A stretch of DNA of 64,000 nucleotides from Mytilus trossulus (taxonomy: Eukaryota). Below the pieces are notes generated by a model, which ran no database searches, was not told where the DNA came from, and worked only from the letters and a program-made list of their open reading frames with translations. Both the position numbers and the translations under genes were made by a program. Below, piece after piece: positions 52,976 to 64,000 of this stretch. Position 1 is the first letter of the stretch. Each line of letters opens with the position of its first letter. Where the stretch lies: assembly GCF_036588685.1 (NCBI RefSeq), contig NC_086383.1:21390001-21454000 (forward strand), written 5' to 3'.

Positions 52976-55900
52976 TTTATAGACGTTACGCGCGATGTTC
53001 GTGCCTTTAAGTGTAACAGACGTTATCGCTAAAACAGGAAGTTTTTTTTTGGTTGAGACGCAACAAAAATACTTCTAGAACAAATGAAGTTAATGTACCT
53101 GTCTGGTTAGGGGATGGTTAGGAATCGCCCACCAGCAGTGGCTTGTCAGACTTATGACAGTTAACCTGTAAGTCGCTCGTTAAATATGTTGTTAGCTTTT
53201 ATTTTGTCATTTGGTGGACTTTCCGGTTAGATTTGTTATTTGTTACTTGAAGACATGTTAGATAGTACGTAATTACACATATGTTTGCTGTTTTAGCAGT
53301 TGGAATTTATATGTTTCGGTATCAAATAAGCATAATAAACACACTTTAATCTTTCAAATCGTCAAACAAATATCTGGGTAGTCGTTATTCAACTGCTCGC
53401 TATTTTTGTTTTTATACTGATACGGTCCAGACATACGCGTATGGTCTAAAAAAAATAAATCATCTTTCAATGACAATAACTCCTTTCGGCTGCTTACAAT
53501 TATGTTCACTCAGTTGTAAATTATGATTTGTTGAACATTATTTTTATATATTGTCGCTCGTTATCTGTATAATATTAAAAACGCAAAAATAAAACAGTTG
53601 AAAATAGAGGCTAAGTTGAATTTTAAATACATCTTATTTTGCTGAACACGTTTGCTTGTGAGCATGTCTATATGTCTGCATATAATAACGCATTATAGGA
53701 CTAAGTTTACGATTTGTCAATTTTGACATATCATTGTGTATTAAATTTCGTTTAAGATTTTTTCTATGCACAGATTCTCTATTCTAAATTATTGTTTCCT
53801 AAATAATGAAAAATGGATAAAAAATCTTCATGAAGACCAACAGGTTCAAATAGGGGCAACATATACCGTAGGGACAGTCAAACTAGTACATCGAAATAAA
53901 ACTGACAACGCCATGGCTAAACATTATAAAAAAGACAACCAGACAAATAATAGTCCACAATACACAACATAGAAAACTTAAGACTAAGCGAACACGAACC
54001 CCACCAAAAACTGGGGTTGATCTCACTGAGGTGCTCCAGTGGGTCATTTTACGGTTTCTGATGCTTGACGTATTTGTAGATGTTATATCCTAGTTCTGGT
54101 TAATTTTATTGGTGTACAATTCTGTCTATCTGTTCAAGCTTTTATAAAAAGAGCTAACAACTTAAACTAGTCATATTATGACATTTCAAGGACAATAATT
54201 TCAAAATGAATTGGCTGATTTTCTGAATGTTCTGTTTGGGAGATATCTATTTAACTTGACCTGCTAAACAATTATATTTTTGTCGGATTTACTCTAAATA
54301 TTTTAGTTTTTGAGATATTAGCCTTAACTTTAGTTTAAACAATATTTATTTCAAAAAGTGCATGAAATATAATTATACAATATTTAATACAGGGATTCGG
54401 AACAAGAACAATTATTTAAATCCGTCTCCCTTTAAAATTTACTATTCAATGACACCCCAGATGTACGTCGTCCAATATCTCTGTATTCCGTACTAGAAAA
54501 AGTATGATCTGCTGGTCATTTTTACCTATGTTTTTTTTTATGTTCAGTAACAGCGTAGATGGTTAGTAATGGATATATAATATAAAATTATATCTTAACC
54601 GTATGAACATGCTACGTACCTTATTATATATAGGTTTACGACAAATAACAAGCAGACGGACATACGACGACGGACGCTAAGTAATGACAACAGTTTGTGG
54701 AAAATTGTATTACTAATATTATCATAATATGTAAAAAGTATTAAAAATACTACGAAGTCCATTTGCAAACAGACCAAATTTCTACTTAGAACACTAATTC
54801 AACTTGAGTTATCTACCTTTATTAAAGAAACGAAAGTAGGAAGTAATCATCAGTTCTTGCTTATAATTCGATCAAAACCTATCTTAAACTGTGATTGGAT
54901 ACCAGAAAAGTAGGTTAGTACAGTATATTGTATTCTTAACAAAAAAAGTAACTTGAAATGAAAAGACAATTTACAATCTACAAGTAAGTAGATCAGTCAT
55001 AAACAGTTTATTATGTAGTCTATCTATATTAATACTGCACTCGATCTATTTGAGCAGTCAAAATGCGTTGACCGTATATTTCTATGTCATATACAGTCAC
55101 TGACCTGATATCACTTTTCCTCATGAATATTTAAATAGAAATTGCCGTAATCATATTAAATTATTCATACGACTTACTCAACCTGTTCTCGTTTCCAATG
55201 TATACAACGACTCAAACTTATTTCTTTTGAAATTTTTAGAGGAGAAAAAACCAACATACTTCACTTGTTTATAAATAGTTTTGGTTTGTTAACTATAAAT
55301 CATAATGTTTTATGCTTGTTGTTGATATTTTAGTACTTTCTCAAACAAATTTGTTCACCATCGATTGCGGATTTCAACAGGTAATGAACATTTCATTGTG
55401 TTGTATATTTATTTTATGATATGAGGCCTTTTTATAAAAAGGGGGAAGTTTCCTAATATTAACATGATCATGATTAAAATCAAATAATAACATTAACACA
55501 TTAAACAACAATTAAACATATTTTTAAGATTGCAGTTTAAAGACAATAATAGTGCAATTCGGACCGAAACGGGTAAAAAGCTCGACAGGACCTCGAATTT
55601 CCCCGTTTCTAAGCCTCATCCATATATCGTTGATATGTCAAATCAATGTACTATTATTGTCTACTAGTATATAGTATATATAAGTTTATGCATGTCTTTA
55701 AGGAAATCATACTTTTACATCTGGACTTTTGTTTTGCATGAGTTTAATTATTTCGACGTTTTATATATATACTCTGTATTATCAAATCATTACTCAGGGG
55801 AGGGGGAATACAAGAGAAATTAAAGTTATAGTTTTATATACTGATGTTTCTTTAAGTATATTTGTGCTATTTAATTTAAGGTTACAAGAGCGCAATTATT

Positions 55901-56559
55901 TGTTTACATTTTACCGGCAAGTTTGTTACTCAGAATAGAATCCGATACAGCTTCTGATTGGATGATACAGGATTGGAATTACTTTTAATCGAAAGCTTAT
56001 CCAATTAGGTGTTAAAGCTGCAGAAAATCATATTCACATTTTACGAAGTATAGAAAATTCTTCCATTTCTTCACGTCGGAGCCATTAAAAATATGCCTTT
56101 TTCATTAAGCGAAAAAAATAGACGATCTTTTTCAACTGCATTTTAAGTCAATTTGAGCCATGCCCCTATATATATTTTGGTTGTAATGAAACACTGGCAT
56201 TTCTAGTAACAGGAACTGCTACCCGTTTTTCCCTAGTTTGTGTAGTCTTCGAGAAAATAAAATACGGAACCCCAGTGATGCCCTATGGAAAATGCATTAC
56301 GAATAATTGCGCTCCTTAAAGTGGCAGAGTCTCTGAGGTCTGAGTTCATACAGTCTTCTGTGTTTTAAATATTTTCCAATAAAAAAGCTACATTTATTGA
56401 GAATTTATTATGTGGATACTTTTTTTTTATTATAAAAAATCATGAAAAAAGCTGATAAAATAGTTGTATATCATATGCATCCTAAACAAAATTGCATATC
56501 GATTTTTTTTTAATCGTCTACAATATGGATATTTAAAAAATTTAGAAAGAAGATTTTTG

Positions 56560-57148
56560 AGACTCATATCAGAGGAAGAAAGTAGAATAAAATTGGTTAA
56601 AAATTTACTATAAAGGGCAATAAATCCTAAAGGGGTCAACTGACCATTTCGGTCGTGTTGACTTATTTGTAAATCTTATTTTGCTTAACACTATTGCTGT
56701 TTACAGTTTATCTCTGTCTATAATATTATTCAAGATAATAACCAAAAACAGCAAAATTTCCTTAAAATTACCAGTTCAGGGGCAGCAACCCCACAACGGG
56801 TTATTCGATTCATCTGAAATTTTCAGGCAGATAGATATTGACCTGATAAACAATTAAACCCCATGGCAGATTTGCTCTAAATTTGATTTGGTTTTTGAGT
56901 TATAAGCCCATAACTGTATTTTACCCCTATGTTCTATTTTTAGCCATGGCGGCCATCTTGGTTGACCGGGTCACCGGACACAATTTTTAAACAAGATACC
57001 CCAATGATGATTGTGGCCTAGTTTGGTTTAATTTAGCCAAGTAGTTTTAGAGGAGAAGATTTTTGTAAAAGTTCACGACGACGACAGACGCCGGACGCAA
57101 AGTGATGGGAAAAGCTTACTTGGCCCTTCGGGCCAGGTGAGCTAAAAA
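56560..57148 (-). mobile_element. Helentron/HINE-like non-autonomous repeat
   Basis: Terminal hairpin TGGCCCTTCGGGCCA followed by GGTGAGCTAAAAAA; GAC microsatellite; homologous to 47612-48410. Confidence 0.55.
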
Positions 57149-59405
57149 AGCAGAAGAACACCATTGGATCTTTAATACAGCGAGTAAATCCCGAACCCGG
57201 AGGGGGGCATTAACTTTCATGTTTGCCTAAATGTGTACTAGTTCAGTTAAAATGGAGGTCACACTAAGCTCTAAAACAAATAAATTAACTAAATTTAAAA
57301 AAAAAAAAAATGGGACAGGCGCTTTATGCATCGTGGTTAAATATTCTCAACAGATCTTAACCCTCCCTCTCCACCTCTAGTCAATGAAGGCTAAACAAAC
57401 ACACGACATTAGGCACAGTTACACTCAGCTTTAAAGACATCTCAGTCAGATTCTAGAAAAGACAATATAATAAACTATTTACCACGAAGAGAAATCCGTA
57501 GTTGATCCAATACGTATGTTAGTTGTATTTATAAAGTATCTTTCTTATAGTATTAAGCACTTGACATTCTTTTACAACGTGTACTATGTCTTCATATTTG
57601 GATTTTTGATATAAAACAACTGACATGCTGGTTTTGTTAGTAAAAACTGTAAACTAGCGTTACTTTGATTGTAAAATTATTCTTGCAATTGTTCTGGTAT
57701 TCAAATCTTTTAAATTCCATTTTTCCTGGTTTCAAATTTTTAAGGCAGTCTTTTATGGTTTTATTGATGACATCAGATTCTGCAAGGCTTCATAGACCCA
57801 GTAACGATCATTTTGATAAAATAGACGCAACAAAAATCAGTAGTAAAAGTCAAAGCCACATACTTCAGTAAGATGCTGACCTGGTGAAAATGACTTTACG
57901 TCTCTTTGCAACTCTGTAGCGACGTCTTTTTGCTATTTTGGATCTTTGCGAACCAATCCATTTAATCAGTTCTTTCCTATGCCCGATTTAAACACTTGTG
58001 GACTCGTGTGGGGAGTGACCCTTTTTTTCTTTAGAAAACATGCCATTCCCCCGGTGTGTGTTTTATCTATTTTTGTTTACCTTGGTAAACTTTTGTTACT
58101 TCTAATTTGATCTTAAACATTGTAGAAAACAAGAGAATATAAAACAGATTTCATGTAGTGTATAACAATAACCTTCAAAATCTGTCAAATAATAAAATGA
58201 TATAGTCGTAATAGTTAAGATCCCGATGTGATTTTTTGAACAAACATTTCCATACAGTCATGCTATTGGTTACCTAGTCACCTCAAATGTGTAAGAAAAA
58301 AAATACGAATGGATATGTCTTTGTCTGTAACCTCTAGCTAGCTTTTTTTGCTGTTTTAAGGTCTTGGATTACCAGAACAATTGCCTGGTCCGATTATTAA
58401 CAAGTTGCGCCCTATTCCTGATTCGGACGTTTTACTGAGTGTTGATGCATGTGGCTAGTAACAAATCAGGTCTTATTCTATTTGCAATACATGCATATCA
58501 CACTGATTGTTTTAACCTTGGTGTGAATCATTTGAAAATATTTCTGTGACTTATTTTTGTATATCGGTAAACTACTGTTATTTCCTATTTGATCTTAACA
58601 AACGATGTCATTTTCCAACATGAAACCTCGAAAGCCGTAAATTAAAGATTTATTAAATACGTTTTTCTTGTAGAACTATCGACTTAAAAGAAAACTGAGG
58701 AGTTAAATAACGTTTTTGATCATTGAACTAATATTTTGATTTTAGATATTTTCTCGTTTCACGACTTTTCTCTTTTGATTTAATGTCATCAAAACACCAA
58801 AATTTATAGAAAACTTGATTGATGGTCAATATATTCTTTATACGAAAATAGGTCGAAAAAAAATTCCCATAAATTTGACAGTTGTGGGTAATAAGTCCTA
58901 CATTTCATTGCAGTAAAACATTTTCTGTGTCATAATCATATGTCTTGGGTATTTCAGAGCACCATATTTTTTATCTGCGGTATCTTTAGAATATTTTAGA
59001 AGCTTGAGTTTCAAGGTAACCAAATCTTGAACACAGGTTAAATAAGGGGAGAAATTTGATAGCTTAACTTTCAGTAATGGTTATTCTCTTATATGCAATG
59101 AAATGTTATGTGACATTTTTTCTATAGTACTGGACAGGATAAAACTTTACTTAGGCCAATAATTTCTTTATTTGAAACAAAGATGAATTCTGCACATTTT
59201 TTTCAAATGTTTAAATTTAACAAAGACTAATAGGGGACCAACATTGGTGGTATTACTCTAAAAGAGAAGAAAACAGCCGAAGGCCACCAATGGTTCGAGG
59301 TTATTATTTTGTGTAATAAAATCACTGATTGCTATGTTTTTAATTTTTTCTTGTTCTTTTAGGTATTTTGTGTACCTCAATCTAGTATTGCTGTTCTGTT
59401 TTAAG

Positions 59406-62400
59406 ATGGCAACATTCCTGTCACAAGAAGATATAAATTTTCTACGATTAGCTGGTTTGTTGATAAGAGTCGCACCACGTGCTGTAAGACGAAAGTTTGA
59501 CTTTGAATTCCATCCAGAACAGCTACAACAATTTTTGAGAGAAAAACGAGGCAAGATAGATGACCTAAGACGTAACAAGAGAGTAATTACATTGGCACAG
59601 TATGATTTATTATATCCTAGAGGTAAACGTCTTTATCATTTCAGACTAAGTTGTATATCAGGAAAATCTGCCAAAACATGTATTATGAAAATATATATGT
59701 TACCTTATAAGTATAATAAAATGATTCAATTAAGAAACATATTTTAATATACCTGTGTAACCATATTTTCATTGGACATACTTACACTACTTTATGTATA
59801 AGGAATCAATGTTATTATTTGAAACAACATTTTTCTTTGTTTGCGTCAGTTTTCATTAAAACCTTAACCGTAGACTTAATTGTAGACATATGGTATTTAG
59901 AACTTTTATGATCGGCATAATTATACCTCAGAATAAAATGTGATACGACCTGACCATTTTGTTTTGTAGCATGTTTGAATACCAGCAACGTCTTTTCGTC
60001 ATTTTGAAAATAATTCCTTAACCTCGTATATGAAACGATAACGGAATATTTGACGGGTTTGTGAATGGTCTGACGCAAGGTTTTATTTCTAGTCCCATTC
60101 AAAATTGATGACAGCTTTTAATAAAAATAGAATCTTCATTTCCCACCATTCACCCCTATTGACCACATTGCTGAATATATACATAGTTTGTTGTGATGTT
60201 TATTTGTTCTTTTCATTAGGCTCTACAGGAGTATTATCAGACATGTTTGATGTATCATTAATGGCATGTTTACTCAGACATTTCACAGATCTAGACATCC
60301 AAGAAAGTCTTCCAGTGAAAATAAACCATTCTGTTGCTGCAGATATTTCCAGGATAAAATTTTACAGAAACTCCATTGTTCATTCTGACAGCGGTAAAGT
60401 CGACGAAGACAAGTTCTTGGAGATTTGGAACTGTGTGACTGAGGTAATTTCTCCAATAACTAAATGTAAATAGTAAAAAAATGTAACATTTTACCATCTC
60501 GATGGCTGATGACATTGAAGAGTCTTTAAAATATACATGTTATTAATATATGTAGGTTCTACCACTGCATCAAGTGTGATACTATATTTATCCACTCGAG
60601 AAGTAAAATGTTTAAAATTTAACTGTCTTTAGTGGATAAATATCGTATAACACTAGATTTGGTGGTGAAATTTGTTTCTCTAACAATTTTCAAATCACAA
60701 GCAGGCAAAATTTCTTTCTTTTCGATTGATCAGCAAAAAGATGTGCTCTTTCTACATGACGTCATCAGGCATGGTCGCCTTTTTTCATGCCGTCACGATA
60801 AAAAAAAATAGAAGAATGTAAGAACATTTGACGTCATATCGGATTTTAACCAATGAAGAACTGAGATGAAACGAACCACACGTTGATTATTTTTTTTCAA
60901 TGGGTGCAGACAGGGATAAATTGACGGAGAATTAGAAAAAATATATTTATACACTTGAAAAAGTAAAAATGTGATAGACATACACCTTAAAGTTGTATAG
61001 TTGTTAAAAGAAAATAATCTTAATTTATACCTTTCAGTTTCACAGAGTAACTTCAACAAGTATGAAAATTTATGTTGTTCTGCATTGAAAGCTGTACAAT
61101 TATTCTTTTTTTAATTTGATATATAAGATGATGTCAAAGACATGTGTGTGTTGGGATTAGATGTAGGTTAATTCATTTCAAGTGAAAAATAATTGATAAC
61201 CTCTTGCTTTTGAAAATTATCTAAGGAGTTGTTTATTATCAAGGCAGTGCTTTTTGGTGAAAGTGAAGTTTCATTACTGTAAACCAACTTATTTTCGCGA
61301 CTTTCGCGAGTAGAAAAATAACGCGAATATAAATCGTCGCGAATATGTCAATCTTTGATCTTTCCTAAATAAACTTCATCAAGTTTATCAGATAATCGCG
61401 AAATTAAATAGCCGCGAAGTGGTCAAGAAAGGATACAACGCGAAATAAAGTATCCGCGAAAATAAGTTGGTTTACAGTATTGAATTGATGGTTAACAACA
61501 TGTATTTCTAAAATATCTCACAATTATAACGTACCGTACTGGTCTTTCATTGTAATTATCGTTCATTGAAGCGGTGTCTTTTTGTTGTGGTTATTTTTTT
61601 TGAGATTTCCTGTTCTGTAGCTTTTCAGTAGAACTTGAATATGATGTCTTTGTTGCTTTGTCGTCTACGGAAAGACAGGTGTTTTTTGTTATCGTTGGAG
61701 GATCATGTACCTAACAGTAATATTATTATTTACTCTTTATAATCTTGAATGTGTAACGTTGTATGTTTCATTGTTTACATAAAGTACTATTTTGTGTTAC
61801 AGGCAATACTCAGGCTAGCACCAGAAATGAAGCAAGAGATTGATGCGTTGATAAGTTCATCGTTAACTAATGTCACTGATATCATAGATTGTATACGGCT
61901 TGAGAAACAGTTAAAAAAAACAAATCAGCATATGGTAACAATCAACAAGAAATTAGAGACGCTAGAAATAGAAAAAAATAATATAACAGGTATTTCTGAT
62001 CTATATGGAAAATGTCCCTTTGTGGTCCCTAATTTCTAGCTTGGAAATCAAATTTCCATGGTTATCAACTATCTAAATACATATTTTTATTCCTGCATAA
62101 CTTATCAATAATATTGATAGTGAAATTAAACACAAAGTTATTATTGTTTCTGAAATAATCGTTGGTGTTTTTTTTTACATCACAATTAAACAAATTGATA
62201 GTGTTAAGTAGGGGCATCATATATGTGCCATAGACGCGTTCCTTATATGTTTATTTTTTTTGGAAAAAGGGGTTGAGTTAAATAAATTGGGGAGAGGGGG
62301 GGGGGGGTAAACATCCTTTTTCTCAAAATTTAAGAAATTCAAAAGAAAAGGGGGATGTAAAAAATAATTCTGAAGTCATTTAATTTTTATAAAAGAAAAG

Positions 62401-64000
62401 AAAAATTGGGTTTCACAACGTATTTTGAAAGTTTGGTATATATAGTCTGAAAACTGATTTAATAAGTATTGCGCAACAGCAAGACATCTTTAATTGAAAA
62501 TAAAGTCAAATCTTATATTAAATTTCGTGTTCTTTGACAACATTTATTCTGTGTGAGAAGCCTATCATGTGTAAAAAAATTAAATCAAATCCAGAACTGC
62601 ATCATGCTTGAATATTGTGTTTATTTTTCCCCCAACTGTTCGAGGTTGGACATTTGCTGTCATATCCAGATGCGCTTGACAAAGTAGTTTTAGTATATTC
62701 TGCGTCTTTAGGACAAGGAAGAGTTTAGCTGATTATGAAGCTTTTATTTTAAAAGAGCATTGATTTTATTGAGAGAGGGTATAAGAAAGAAAGAACTGAA
62801 AGTATTTCTATACAAGATTTACGATTGACATCATATCTATTTTGGCAGTATTTCAGTTTCCCATAGCACTAGTGAAAATGTAACTAATTCATAAATCATA
62901 TGTTGTGTGTTTCATTATGAAATGCTTTATCCATTTTTTGTTTTTGAACACCATACTTTTAGTGAGTTCTGAATTATGAAATATGTTTTTGAATAGGAGA
63001 AACTTACCACTTACCATGATTTGAGTTTGTTTCTGGGTTCTGGCAATTAAGTTATTTTGCATCTCCATTTTTGTCTCTTATACCTTGCTACGATTAATCT
63101 TTTATCATTCACTGAAACATGATTGAATACATATCTGTCTATCTAAAACTAATTTTGTTTACAGAAATACAACAACGAACTTTGAAAGAATGGAGAAATA
63201 ATGGCAAAAAATACATTCCTACCTCAGCAACAATGTTTATACTAGAATCATTAAACAAAACGACGGGTGTTATTATTACTGGATCTCCAGGCTGTGGAAA
63301 ATCTGCAGTCGCTCATCATGTAGCATTGGAATTAGAAAAGGAGAAATACGATATAATTCCTTGTGATGATCCTTCAGGAATCATTATGCATTTTACAAAA
63401 GATAAATTCCAAGTTTTTGTAATTGATGACGTTTGTGGTAAATTCTCTCTTAATCAACAAAAAGCAGAAGCATGGGAGCAAAAAGATTGCAAATTAAGTA
63501 TGCTAATTGAGTCTTGTAATCTGAATGACGACGATGACGAAAATGATAGCAAATCAGTGCATAAGTTTATCATTACGTGCAGGGAAAATATATATGTTCA
63601 CGAGACATTCCCAAAACTTACTTGTTTTTCACTTGTACAATGCAGCTTTAGTACCGAATACAAAATTACTCCAGAAGAAAGGAGGACTATTGCAATGTCG
63701 TATGTACCTGAGAATATAGTGAACGACATAGAAAATATTTGTCTGTACGATTTTTTCCCTCTTTTATGTTCTCTGTACTGTACAAACCTTAATCAAGATC
63801 ATAGATTCTTTACCCATCCTGTTGAAATAATTGGAAATGAAATCATAAAAATGAAAAAACAATCTACATCATCTTTTCTCTGTATTTCTCTCCTTGTTCT
63901 TAGAAATAATAAATTTTGTATAGACGAATTAAGATCCGAGGATGTGCAACAGCTAGTTAATGCTATATGCTGGGAATGTAAAATCGAACCTGTATCCATT
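59406..64000 (+). CDS. HEPN-coiled coil-STAND NTPase gene, copy 3; intact so far, runs off the window end. Exons 59406-59622, 60220-60443, 61803-61989, 63165->64000
   Basis: Spliced frame is open: MATFLSQEDINFLRL...RNSIVH (60366-60383)...GSPGCGKS (63281-63304)...FVIDDVCG...IITCREN...FFPLLC. It has no frameshift at the two copy-1 deletion sites it covers. The ankyrin part is inferred to lie beyond 64000. Confidence 0.88.
61277..61477. mobile_element. Tc1/mariner-type MITE in copy 3 intron 2
   Basis: Perfect 23-bp TIR CTGTAAACCAACTTATTTTCGCG; TA target duplication; empty site in copy 1 at 7116-7117. Confidence 0.9.

Noticed and set aside
55888-56315. Possible TIR element (GAGCGCAATTATT / AATAATTGCGCTC)
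   Set aside because: Only a 13-bp match and the left boundary and target duplication are unclear.
57680-58020. Coding-like minus-strand stretch (..ESDVINKTIKDCLKNLKPGKMEF..)
   Set aside because: Interrupted by stops and no recognisable family; cannot be supported without a search.

Overview
AT-rich, intron-containing eukaryotic DNA. The repeat families and gene content look molluscan, most likely a Mytilus mussel (inferred, not proven). The main content is a tandem family of three + strand paralogs with an NLR/Avs-like architecture that the ORF track fragments: an N-terminal DZIP3-like HEPN domain (RNSIVH = Rx4H motif), a coiled coil, a STAND NTPase (nSTAND3-like) and about 22-25 ankyrin repeats built from a 219-bp double-ANK unit. 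Copy 1 (5547-12244) has three 1-bp deletions and a nonsense codon. Copy 2 (28209-33168) has no detectable HEPN exons, altered NTPase motifs and further lesions. Copy 3 (59406 to window end) is intact as far as it can be read. Between copies 2 and 3 lies a 4-exon, 343-aa type I membrane F-type lectin gene (44205-50584). Intergenic and intronic DNA holds Penelope-like RT relics, a decayed APE-RT LINE with nested MITEs, other MITEs, Helentron-like repeats, a 49-bp satellite with higher-order structure, a large inverted repeat, and minimal hammerhead-ribozyme repeats including a ~351-nt retrozyme-like monomer. All alignments and counts were done by eye; no database searches were run.
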